Origin: Klebsiella phage Miami
Direction: 5' to 3' (one strand)
Sequence record: MT701590.1
Length of the DNA stretch: 64,000 nt
The stretch's first letter is position 1. Each line of letters begins with the position of its first letter. Both the position numbers and the translations under genes were made by a program. Under the pieces are notes generated by a model. The model saw nothing but the letters and a program-made list of their open reading frames with translations. It ran no database searches and was not told where the DNA came from. Below are positions 26,629 to 34,802 of this stretch, piece by piece.

Positions 26629-27009
26629 TTATCTTTTTTGGATGACGTTGCCCTCAGCTTTACGTTTGGTAAAATGAGAGGATCCGCAGAGTCGGACAAA
26701 CACCCACATTACAAGCCAGTAGCGCCAGCTGAGTTTTAAACGATAACGCATATTGTCTCGGAAGAGATTGTCGCACTCTTTCCTTTCGTATAACCCGGAA
26801 CCGTACATGTAATCGTGCACAGCCGCAGCCGGGAAATATTTATAGTAAGCTGGGTATAAACCCTGTAGCCAACGAGGAACACTCGCACCGTCCGTTACCA
26901 AGCCTTTAGGGACGGTGACTTCTGGGGTCGGGTAATCTTCTCTGAACCGAAATTTATCCTCGGTTATAACGTAGTCAAGCGGGATGTCGGTAAAACTAAA
27001 TTCTTCCAT
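26629..27009 (-). CDS. DUF1353-family protein
   Basis: VPKGLVTDGASVPRW...AAAVHDYMY fits the DUF1353 pattern; lone minus-strand gene in this block. Confidence 0.5.
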   Translation of the reverse strand: MEEFSFTDIPLDYVITEDKFRFREDYPTPEVTVPKGLVTDGASVPRWLQGLYPAYYKYFPAAAVHDYMYGSGLYERKECDNLFRDNMRYRLKLSWRYWLVMWVFVRLCGSSHFTKRKAEGNVIQKR

Positions 27010-27061
27010 TTCGCTATTCTCTGAATTAGTTAGTAATAAACGATCATAGCATTTTAGACTT

Positions 27062-27091
27062 TCGACACATAGAAGTTTTCAGTTCTATATT
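27062..27091 (+). promoter_or_regulatory. sigma70-like promoter TCGACA-18-TATATT
   Basis: Near-consensus hexamers in the divergent intergenic region upstream of 27132. Confidence 0.4.
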
Positions 27092-27131
27092 ACTGTTATG
27101 TAAACACAACCTATCATTAAGGAAAGGCATC

Positions 27132-27617
27132 GTGAAACTCGTTAATCAAAAAGTTTATATTGTTAAGCCAGGCGATACGCTGTCAGAAATAGCAAACCAT
27201 TTTTGTGGGAATCCTGCTATCGGATACGATATAGCTGAGGACAACGGCATTATCAACGCCGGACTCATCTATCAAGGGCAAAGAATCTGGATAAGGGAGG
27301 GATTTCTAAAGGAAGAATTTAAGGGCTCTCCTAATACCCAACCCAAAGAAGAACCTTTCAGAAAAGGTCAGGTCGTTCATATCGCTCAGTCCGGCGTTCT
27401 AACAAGACCAAAACTTACCGACTGGGTTGAAAGTATCGATCATCTAATCGATGGCTGTTTTTTAATTGTACAAGACCAAGATCAGAATCGCTCTTCGGTC
27501 CTGGTCCAAGATAACAAGAAGCAGTTTTATTACTTCGATCTGAACGAATCAAGAGAAGTGGTTAGGGTTCAAGGAGCGATAGAAATCTGCCCTGGTCGTT
27601 TTATGGCGTTAGGTTAA
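27132..27617 (+). CDS. LysM-domain protein (GTG start)
   Basis: VYIVKPGDTLSEIANHF...GIINAGLIYQGQRIWI matches the LysM consensus. Confidence 0.5.
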   Translation: MKLVNQKVYIVKPGDTLSEIANHFCGNPAIGYDIAEDNGIINAGLIYQGQRIWIREGFLKEEFKGSPNTQPKEEPFRKGQVVHIAQSGVLTRPKLTDWVESIDHLIDGCFLIVQDQDQNRSSVLVQDNKKQFYYFDLNESREVVRVQGAIEICPGRFMALG

Positions 27618-27634
27618 ATCCAACTGAGGGTTAC

Positions 27635-28030
27635 ATGAAAAAGATTATAATCTACACAGCCCCGAGGTCAAGCTTCTTAGGGGCGGGACTCAAAGAAAAA
27701 CTTTTAAAGGAACTGGAAGTGACTTTCGGTTATCTCTTTGATGTACAGGAGATAACCGAAATGGGGATTGAACTAACGGCGCACGAATTCATCATTTCCG
27801 ATGAAGGATTCAATATTCTCGCTAAGGAGTGGGAGAATAAGTTTGAGGATCCGGAGATTCACAAGATGGAGGACGTTTACATGTTCCCGTCTGAGTTACG
27901 TAAAGCAAGCTTGGATAAGTTGAAAGGGGTTAGGGAACTCTTTACGATTAGAGTCGCAACCTTCCTTTCATGCTTACCAGAAGAAACGGCAGTTTTAATC
28001 GAAGCTCAACCCGTCGAAGAAGACGAATAA
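27635..28030 (+). CDS. acidic hypothetical protein
   Basis: 131 aa, Glu-rich. Confidence 0.45.
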   Translation: MKKIIIYTAPRSSFLGAGLKEKLLKELEVTFGYLFDVQEITEMGIELTAHEFIISDEGFNILAKEWENKFEDPEIHKMEDVYMFPSELRKASLDKLKGVRELFTIRVATFLSCLPEETAVLIEAQPVEEDE

Positions 28031-28047
28031 CTTTAGGATTTAACATC

Positions 28048-28425
28048 ATGTATGAGGTTACTGTTTACCATTTCTCCAGACAAGAACTGGAAAAGAAAGA
28101 TCAGGATTTCTTCGAAGACCTGACCAAGAACGAAGGTTGGGTAGAAGACATCGAAGATATTGAAATGGCACTGGGTTCCAGGGAGGGTTGCATTGAAGGT
28201 CAAGAATTCAGATTACCCGTCTCTGCTTTAGATATCCTGGAAATGAAATGGGAGGGGCGTTTTGACTCTGGCATTTGCATGTGTTCCGCCATTTACTATT
28301 TCTCGCCTGAATGCATTGAATCCGTATGTCGCGATCTTTCCGATCATGGTACTCGGGAGGCCGCTCTCTTAGCAGAGTACCTGCAGGGCATCCCCGATAC
28401 CGAAATCGTCGTTATCGAAATCTAA
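28048..28425 (+). CDS. acidic hypothetical protein
   Basis: TTTAGGATTTAACATCATG signature at 28048 (track start 27970 is less likely). Confidence 0.45.
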   Translation: MYEVTVYHFSRQELEKKDQDFFEDLTKNEGWVEDIEDIEMALGSREGCIEGQEFRLPVSALDILEMKWEGRFDSGICMCSAIYYFSPECIESVCRDLSDHGTREAALLAEYLQGIPDTEIVVIEI

Positions 28426-28452
28426 TTGCTGTGTAGTTGTGGTAGTTCTTTT

Positions 28453-28477
28453 GGGGGCCTTCGGGCCCTCCTTTTTT
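28453..28477 (+). terminator. intrinsic terminator GGGGGCC-TTCG-GGCCCTC plus T6
   Basis: TTCG tetraloop hairpin followed by CTTTTTT. Confidence 0.7.
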
Positions 28478-28489
28478 AAGGAAAGTGAA

Positions 28490-28930
28490 ATGCGGGAAGA
28501 CAGAAATATTTATCGTAACACAGCTTATATCAACGATCGTTATGAGAGGATAGGTGATGCAGTAGAGGTAACACTATTTTCTTTTTCGACGTTTGAAATA
28601 GAGCAGAAAATCGTGTTTGAGTGGGTCAAGAAAAATCCCGCTATCAAACTCGAACTTTATCGAGGTCTGAGTGATAAAGATTCACCAGTAAATATCTGCG
28701 GGTCCGTTACTAATATAAGGATCAACCCCCTAGATTTCAAAGTCACCGGTACACTTCGACCCGAAGGAAGAATGCGCAAAATACTGGAAGATACCATCAA
28801 TCGGCATCAGCCTGTCACCATTAACATGCGAGGGATATTTGATTTTAGACATTCCGTTTATCGTTGTACCGAAATCAAAGGTCTGGTGCTAATGTCTGAC
28901 TTTAGTGCCTATCGTAAAAGGAGTATTTAA
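28490..28930 (+). CDS. hypothetical protein
   Basis: Start placed after the terminator with RBS AAGGAAAG; the track's GTG at 28439 would span the terminator. Confidence 0.4.
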   Translation: MREDRNIYRNTAYINDRYERIGDAVEVTLFSFSTFEIEQKIVFEWVKKNPAIKLELYRGLSDKDSPVNICGSVTNIRINPLDFKVTGTLRPEGRMRKILEDTINRHQPVTINMRGIFDFRHSVYRCTEIKGLVLMSDFSAYRKRSI

Positions 28931-29018
28931 CTTCCATAATTTTTTAAATCGATATTACCACTGTGTCTCAAAATAAAACTTTTTAGGTTGTTTTAACATC
29001 ACTTAGGAGTACGCCCGT

Positions 29019-29393
29019 ATGCGTTATCAACATTTTTCTATCGTCTCTTCCAAAGAAGCATTTTCCATTCGTCTTTCTTACATCCTGCAACATCTGAACA
29101 AAACAGAAACTCAGCGCTCTATCGCGGAGTATTGTGGGGTGAGCACGAGTACCATCTCCGCCATCTGCAACGAGCACGTCCAGTATGTATCCCTCAATAC
29201 GCTGATGAAAATCGCGGATAAACTGAAACTCAACTACGAGGTTGTCTTTAAAGGCAATCGCGGTAAAGTGAGTAACTTTGTTACTGTTGAATCCGCCGTG
29301 GATTACATGAAGCTCGGCAAGCTGAACCCCGTTCGTAAAAATGTGATGAAGGGTAGCTCCCCTGCATTTAAAGGACGGGTGGCGACGCATTAA
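29019..29393 (+). CDS. XRE/Cro-C1-type HTH DNA-binding protein with host-like codon usage
   Basis: HTH QRSIAEYCGVSTSTISAICNE; enterobacterial-style codons; antisense ORF 28983..29390 is a byproduct. Confidence 0.5.
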   Translation: MRYQHFSIVSSKEAFSIRLSYILQHLNKTETQRSIAEYCGVSTSTISAICNEHVQYVSLNTLMKIADKLKLNYEVVFKGNRGKVSNFVTVESAVDYMKLGKLNPVRKNVMKGSSPAFKGRVATH

Positions 29394-29398
29394 TCATG

Positions 29399-29445
29399 GT
29401 GGGGGTCCGCAAGGGCTCCCACGCTATTTATCAATTTATTTTTTA
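29399..29445 (+). terminator. hairpin with GCAA tetraloop plus distal T-run
   Basis: GTGGGGGTCC-GCAA-GGGCTCCCAC then TTTATCAATTTATTTTTT. Confidence 0.45.
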
Positions 29446-29454
29446 GGATAAAAC

Positions 29455-30012
29455 ATGACCATTATCGTAGGGGTTGTAAAAGAAAAATCGTTAAGTGCGG
29501 ACCGTTATATACTGGATTATAAGCAGATCAACAAAACAGTGTCTTCGGTTTCACGCTACACCGAGAGTAAATTAAAAATATCTCCGGACAATCATTTTTG
29601 TTATGTCTTCTGTGGCGAACAAAAAGAAGAGATTGTTCCATTGGTTCTTAACTATTTACTCAGATTCGAAAAAGGTCTGGTAAAGGAAGACGAATTTATT
29701 CATTGCGGACTTAAATCCTGCGACTCCCTCATTGTGATGTCCGCGAGACATTTTTATTCAATTCAGTTAAATGAAAAACAGGGGGTTTTAGAAGTTCAAA
29801 TTCGTTTGGATGGCGCGGTCACCTATCCTTTTTTAAACAACCATATGGTCGCCGGACTCGATCTCCCAGGGGAAGTAATTCGTCAAGCACTGATGGAAGC
29901 CAATCTCATTCTCCACACCGATGAAAATGAAGTTGATGTAGTCCATCAAAAAGACCTCACTCTTATTAAGAAAGCCACCAAAAAGGAAATTAAAAATGCT
30001 CTTTTATCTTAA
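29455..30012 (+). CDS. hypothetical protein
   Basis: 185-aa ORF with the TTTTTTAGGATAAAACATG signature. Confidence 0.45.
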   Translation: MTIIVGVVKEKSLSADRYILDYKQINKTVSSVSRYTESKLKISPDNHFCYVFCGEQKEEIVPLVLNYLLRFEKGLVKEDEFIHCGLKSCDSLIVMSARHFYSIQLNEKQGVLEVQIRLDGAVTYPFLNNHMVAGLDLPGEVIRQALMEANLILHTDENEVDVVHQKDLTLIKKATKKEIKNALLS

Positions 30013-30454
30013 CAAGCGGGTTATCGTTGACAGCGTAGCGAACATCTTTATGTTAGCGGACGATACTCCTCACGTCGAGTTCTTATTGGATGGCGACAAA
30101 CGATGGGCTTTCATTCCCTATCATGAAAATAACGGCAGTACGTTATCTGCGGCTATCTCAGTGAATGAGCACGGTGTTTGTTATAATGCGCATTTCAACT
30201 ATAAAACGTTAAGTCTCGATCGTCGTATTCCGTTACCCTCTAATTTGTTAAAAGCCTTTCAAACAGGGGGAGATTCCGACTACTGTAACAACATGCACGT
30301 CGCTAAGGCCGCTTTCTATCACTATAACTGTACCTTTGACGAATTCCAAGCATTGCTAAATAAATCAGGCCGGGAGTACAAAATGTTTGATTTATTAGCG
30401 GTCTCTAAAAGACTTAAGACGATGCAGCCGGAACAATTTAACTGGGTTATTTAA
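29996..30454 (+). CDS. hypothetical protein
   Basis: 152-aa ORF overlapping upstream gene. Confidence 0.4.
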   Translation: MLFYLNKRVIVDSVANIFMLADDTPHVEFLLDGDKRWAFIPYHENNGSTLSAAISVNEHGVCYNAHFNYKTLSLDRRIPLPSNLLKAFQTGGDSDYCNNMHVAKAAFYHYNCTFDEFQALLNKSGREYKMFDLLAVSKRLKTMQPEQFNWVI

Positions 30455-30514
30455 AACCAAGATTCCTATTATACGTTAAAGAATTTTGGATCTATATCAC
30501 CGTCTTGATGCACT

Positions 30515-30534
30515 AACCATAATCTTTTTAGGAG
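30515..30534 (+). repeat. 20-nt element AACCATAATCTTTTTAGGAG (copy 2) upstream of a GTG start
   Basis: Identical to 8555..8574. Confidence 0.5.
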
Positions 30535-30544
30535 TATTAACATC

Positions 30545-32122
30545 GTGAACGTTCGTGGCGTAAAAGTAAAAGCAGAAACCCGTCAAATTATTGATAACAC
30601 CGTAGAGCTCGTTGCAACCGCGGTAACCTCGACCATGGGCCCTAACGGCAAGCTGGTTGTTATTGACGAAACGGGTAATCCTAAAATGACCAAGGATGGG
30701 GTGACAGTAGCGCGCTCTATCCGTTTGGATGATCGGGCAATGGACATCATCGCCAAGATGATCACCGAAGCCTCGATCAAAACGGATGCCGAATGTGGCG
30801 ATGGGACCACCACCACTGTATTCTTAACAAGAGCGTTTTATAACGCCTTTAAAGATAAACTGGATTTCATGACCAAACGCCGGGTGGAAGAGTTAACCAA
30901 AGAAACGATCGAAATGCTCAAAGGAATGACGAAGGTTATTTCTCTTGATAGCCCAGTCCTTCACAATCTGGCGTTAACAACCAGTAATAACGATCTGGAT
31001 ATCGTGGATAAACTCTACGATATCTTTAAGACCATACCTGATCCCATGATTGATTATCGTCGGGGTGTAACAGGTATTGACGAGATCGAATACAGTAAGG
31101 GCAAGGAATTCACAGGCGGGTACGCGCACCCTACTTTCACTAAAGATGGAAGTGGTAGCCCGATTACGATCGAATCGGGTTATGCGTGCATCTTTGAAGG
31201 GAAGTTCAGTATTCCAGATGACGAGTCGGAATTCCTGAAGCTCTTCGATGAGATCACTGAAAGGGGATATCGTCAGACTGTTGTTATCGCACGTGAATTC
31301 GACGAACACACCCTGATGGTGATGAACAAAATGAATCACGTTATGCTGACGCAGAAACTGGTGGAGGAACCGGTTTTCATTCCCGTGCGGGTTCAGGCTA
31401 TCGGAACAGCGGGAGTGGGGATCATTGGAGATATTGCAACGGTACTGGGATTAAACCAGGATGTGGACTATTCAGGTTGGAAGTCTCGCAACTATGAAGT
31501 ACGCCCCATTGAAAACGTTGTAGTGAAAGGCGCGCTATTCTTTGTGGGTAGCATGTCCGATGATGTCTCGGAACGTACAGTAAAGCGTATCGCGCAAATT
31601 AAAGATCAAATCGATAACTTGCCAGCTGCTCAGAAACACACGCCTTTGGCGAAGATCCTGAGACACCGTATCTCTACTCTGATGGGTAACCGAGTGACTG
31701 TAACCGTTGGAGGAGAAACCGCTTCCGACATCAAAGAACGACTGGATCGATTTGAAGACGTCGGTCGGGCTATCGCATCAGCGTTAACTAACGGCGTCCT
31801 TCCGGGCATTGGTTATTCATTGGCTTATGTTGGTAGTGAGCTGGTGAAGAAATATCCTGACGATTCTATAGTGAAACTGTACGCCGATGTATTGGGCGAG
31901 CAGCTTCACATGTTGATGGGTCGGGAATTCAATGATCCTGAATTAGTCTATGTCAATCTGGCTACTGGGGAAACCGGTAAGCATCCTCAAGACATCAACG
32001 TCTGGGATGCGCAGTTAGCCACAGTCACTGCGTTAAGGGCTGGTGTCAGCACTGCTATCTCTTTGGCGAGCACCGATACGTTAATTATCGGTAGTCGTGC
32101 AGGTGGTGCGGATATTCCCTGA
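30545..32122 (+). CDS. groEL: GroEL-like chaperonin (Cpn60 family), GTG start
   Basis: TMGPNGKLVVID...TKDGVTVARSIRL...ECGDGTTTTVFL and C-terminal VTVGGETASDIKERLDRFEDVGRAIASALTNGVLPGIGYSLAYV parallel GroEL equatorial-domain motifs; no GroES nearby. Confidence 0.85.
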   Translation: MNVRGVKVKAETRQIIDNTVELVATAVTSTMGPNGKLVVIDETGNPKMTKDGVTVARSIRLDDRAMDIIAKMITEASIKTDAECGDGTTTTVFLTRAFYNAFKDKLDFMTKRRVEELTKETIEMLKGMTKVISLDSPVLHNLALTTSNNDLDIVDKLYDIFKTIPDPMIDYRRGVTGIDEIEYSKGKEFTGGYAHPTFTKDGSGSPITIESGYACIFEGKFSIPDDESEFLKLFDEITERGYRQTVVIAREFDEHTLMVMNKMNHVMLTQKLVEEPVFIPVRVQAIGTAGVGIIGDIATVLGLNQDVDYSGWKSRNYEVRPIENVVVKGALFFVGSMSDDVSERTVKRIAQIKDQIDNLPAAQKHTPLAKILRHRISTLMGNRVTVTVGGETASDIKERLDRFEDVGRAIASALTNGVLPGIGYSLAYVGSELVKKYPDDSIVKLYADVLGEQLHMLMGREFNDPELVYVNLATGETGKHPQDINVWDAQLATVTALRAGVSTAISLASTDTLIIGSRAGGADIP

Positions 32123-32164
32123 TGCGTTTTAGGGGAAGGAAACTTCCCCATTGGGAGAATTTTT

Positions 32165-32422
32165 ATGGGCGTTAACACTTCGTCAATTAAAAATTCTAAT
32201 AATAGACAACATAATAATTACAGCGATTCATCCTCCGCTCCGATTCAGTTGGATCGTTCGGGGGAAATTGTCGACGCCAGAACTAAGCTAACAGTTACTG
32301 GTGAAATTCCTCTTCGAAAGTTACCCACTTTCTCAAACCCACCGCAAAGAACAATAAGAGACGATAAAAAACCTTCATCACTCTGGGGGATGGTTAGAGC
32401 TCTGTTCTTTGTATTCATGTGA
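32165..32422 (+). CDS. hypothetical small protein
   Basis: 85-aa ORF, low complexity; weak. Confidence 0.3.
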   Translation: MGVNTSSIKNSNNRQHNNYSDSSSAPIQLDRSGEIVDARTKLTVTGEIPLRKLPTFSNPPQRTIRDDKKPSSLWGMVRALFFVFM

Positions 32423-32433
32423 TACTATTCCTC

Positions 32434-32480
32434 TACCCACGTGGGTAGAGGAATAATAATACTTTTTTATTTTTTAAGGT
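32434..32480 (+). terminator. intrinsic terminator (TATTCCTCTACCCAC / GTGGGTAGAGGAATA plus T-rich tail)
   Basis: 15-bp palindromic stem then TTTTTTATTTTTT. Confidence 0.7.
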
Positions 32481-32490
32481 TATCTCACTC

Positions 32491-33078
32491 ATGGCTAAAA
32501 TTTATTTCTACTTCTCTTCGATGAATTCCGGGAAGACTACCGGTTTGTTACAATCAGCCTACAACTACACTGAAAGAGGGATGTCCGTCTTACTTCTTAA
32601 GCCTAAACTTGATAATAGAGAAGGAGAAGACGCGATAATTAAATCAAGGATAGGATTAGAAAGCGAATGTGTTTTCATTCCTGATAACGACGATGAATTA
32701 GTCGATCTTATTCATAATAACAAAGGTGTTTCGGCTATATTTATCGACGAGGTTCAATTCGTCTCCCCGCATACACTGGCCGGACTAATGACCTTGTGCG
32801 ATAATTACGACATTCCTCTTCTCTGCTATGGTCTCCGGAACGCCTATGACGGAAAAGGGTTCCCGGGCTCTGATTTCTTATTGCGTCACGCTGATAAACT
32901 GGTTGAATGCAAATCGATTTGTTGGTGTGGTAAAAAGGCGACCCACAACATGATGGTTGTCGATGGGAAGGTGGTAAGGGAAACCACGTCAGGGGGAAAT
33001 ATGGTTGTCGGCGGTAATGAACTGTATCACGCCGTTTGCAGGTATCATTTCTTCGAAGGCAAATACAAAGAAGATTAA
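32491..33078 (+). CDS. tdk: thymidine kinase
   Basis: MAKIYFYFSSMNSGKTTGLLQSAYNY...IDEVQF...CYGL...VECKSICWCGKKAT...VGGNELYHAVCRYH matches my recollection of E. coli Tdk. Confidence 0.9.
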   Translation: MAKIYFYFSSMNSGKTTGLLQSAYNYTERGMSVLLLKPKLDNREGEDAIIKSRIGLESECVFIPDNDDELVDLIHNNKGVSAIFIDEVQFVSPHTLAGLMTLCDNYDIPLLCYGLRNAYDGKGFPGSDFLLRHADKLVECKSICWCGKKATHNMMVVDGKVVRETTSGGNMVVGGNELYHAVCRYHFFEGKYKED

Positions 33079-33156
33079 CTTATATTTATTTTGAGATCTA
33101 CATTATCATGGTGTAAGCATAGTACGTTTTTATTTTCCTTTTTAGGAGCTAACATC

Positions 33157-33651
33157 ATGATGAGTCAACTTGTAAATATTCTGAGTGAGCACAGATCAGC
33201 GTTTATTTGGCCTTCCAACATCCTGCAGTTAGAAGATGAATACTTCTATCTCTCGGTCAAGATTACGGAGAGTGGTGTGGTCAAATGTATCTTCCGGAAC
33301 AAACTCACCAAAGACGTCCGTAAGTTCGACTTCTCTGACATCATTTTTGATAAAGAGGGGTTATGGGATTACTTCAATGCGATCGGCAAAGAAGTCTACG
33401 CCATTGGGATTGACTACGGTAAAGGGTTCCAGCTGAAGATGTTGTTTGAGCCGATTAAGGCGATGATCACCGATAAGGCGCATAAGCCTTATAATGGGCA
33501 TCTTCCAAGAGACGTAAGAGCACCACTGTTTTCCCCGGTTAACGCCCGCAGTATTTATCTCGACGAAAACGGCGAAGTCACACTCGATGGCTTCGAATGG
33601 GCTTCTCGTGGATTGCAATTAAAAATCATCGAAGAGCTCTTAATTAGCTAA
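33157..33651 (+). CDS. hypothetical protein
   Basis: TTTAGGAGCTAACATCATG signature at 33157 (track start 33091 is less likely). Confidence 0.45.
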   Translation: MMSQLVNILSEHRSAFIWPSNILQLEDEYFYLSVKITESGVVKCIFRNKLTKDVRKFDFSDIIFDKEGLWDYFNAIGKEVYAIGIDYGKGFQLKMLFEPIKAMITDKAHKPYNGHLPRDVRAPLFSPVNARSIYLDENGEVTLDGFEWASRGLQLKIIEELLIS

Positions 33652-33671
33652 TTAATGTTATGCTAATTAGC
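33640..33671 (+). promoter_or_regulatory. paired palindromes TTAATTAGCTAATTAA (16 bp) and GCTAATTAGC (10 bp): operator candidate
   Basis: Perfect dyads 19 bp apart centre to centre, overlapping the stop of 33157..33651 and 24-55 nt upstream of 33695. Confidence 0.35.
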
Positions 33672-33694
33672 TCATCACTGTAAAGAGGATTAAG

Positions 33695-34171
33695 ATGAAA
33701 AACCTGCTCGATTTAGTGCTCAAATTTTTCATTGGGCTTAACCCAGGCCTGGCCGTACTGATGGAAGGTGGTTCGATCGTCAATGTGGTTGAAAAACCAG
33801 AAATCGATCGTTACGCCGGTGATATCATGCGTCCGGACGGCACAACCAAGCTTCTGTCGGTAACCTGGAAACCGGGTACATTTAAAGGCGTGTTCGGCCT
33901 CGATCCAGCCTTTGCTCCCGTCACGCAGGATGAAGCAGGCACAACCGAAGGTATCTTCCTGAAGACCGACGGCACGCCTTACTTTGCGTTGACGGCTGAA
34001 AATGCTACCGAAGCCAAAATCGAAGAAATCCTCGGATATGCTTTCGAAGAAGGCACGGTCGCAGTAGACACCGAAACCAAAAAGGTCAGCTTCGCAACGT
34101 CTACTATCGTTGCTGAAGTCGATCTGGTCGTTATCGAAGCGGCTCCGGTGGCCGACGGCCAACTGCCGTAA
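33695..34171 (+). CDS. hypothetical protein with host-like, GC3-rich codon usage (probably abundant)
   Basis: 158 aa; codon bias unlike neighbours; antisense ORF 33713..34261 is a byproduct; followed by a terminator. Confidence 0.5.
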   Translation: MKNLLDLVLKFFIGLNPGLAVLMEGGSIVNVVEKPEIDRYAGDIMRPDGTTKLLSVTWKPGTFKGVFGLDPAFAPVTQDEAGTTEGIFLKTDGTPYFALTAENATEAKIEEILGYAFEEGTVAVDTETKKVSFATSTIVAEVDLVVIEAAPVADGQLP

Positions 34172-34179
34172 TAAGTAAC

Positions 34180-34213
34180 CTACTCCTACGCCCTTAACGG
34201 GGCGTAGGAGTAG
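34180..34213 (+). terminator. hairpin of the TCCTAC family (CTACTCCTACGCCC-ttaacg-GGGCGTAGGAGTAG)
   Basis: 14-bp stem; T-run 20 nt downstream. Confidence 0.5.
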
Positions 34214-34276
34214 TTCGTTAATTATAACTGACTTTTTTAATATATAACCACCAACGTTCATTTAGGACATAACACC

Positions 34277-34483
34277 ATGTTGTATGACGCAATTGAAGTT
34301 TGTTTTATCGTAATTTCCATTCTTTCCTTTATCTGGGTAATGAAGAAGAAAGGAACCGGGGCGATGTTAATTATTGCGTTTTCTATTGTTGTCGTGGCAG
34401 GATGTCGTTATCAAGATAACGCCGATACCGAACAAGCTTTAGAACATCCAAAATATACCAAATCTAACTGCGGCTGCTTATAA
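34277..34483 (+). CDS. small TM protein
   Basis: 68 aa, two hydrophobic helices; TTTAGGACATAACACCATG signature. Confidence 0.35.
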   Translation: MLYDAIEVCFIVISILSFIWVMKKKGTGAMLIIAFSIVVVAGCRYQDNADTEQALEHPKYTKSNCGCL

Positions 34484-34495
34484 GAGGAACTGATT

Positions 34496-34789
34496 ATGTT
34501 TTATGATTTAGTCAAGGTTTGCAAGGAACTCGTATTCTCCCACACTTTCAACGAAAGCAATCCTGACAAGGGTTACTTCGATACCTGGAAGTGGCGTAAG
34601 TTACTCATTAACGTGGTAAGCGTAACGTATCACACCCCTAAGCTTGCCGCGCTCAGTCCGCTCTTAAAGGCCATTTCCAGTAAAGTAGACGGACTGACGA
34701 TTTCCCCGCAAACTGACAGCCAAGGACGGGTCACGCGAATCACTGTGACACACAATAATAAATCGGTAGGTTTCAGATTCAAACGTTAA
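34496..34789 (+). CDS. hypothetical protein
   Basis: 97-aa ORF. Confidence 0.35.
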   Translation: MFYDLVKVCKELVFSHTFNESNPDKGYFDTWKWRKLLINVVSVTYHTPKLAALSPLLKAISSKVDGLTISPQTDSQGRVTRITVTHNNKSVGFRFKR

Positions 34790-34802
34790 AGGAATAAAGA
34801 CC

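Noticed and set aside
28983-29390. 135-aa minus-strand ORF
   Set aside because: Antisense to the host-like HTH gene; no start signals; the plus-strand reading gives a clean HTH.
32165-32422. GroES candidate downstream of the chaperonin
   Set aside because: 85-aa low-complexity sequence lacking the GroES mobile-loop and beta-barrel pattern.
33713-34261. 182-aa minus-strand ORF
   Set aside because: Antisense shadow of the GC3-rich gene 33695..34171 and spans its terminator.
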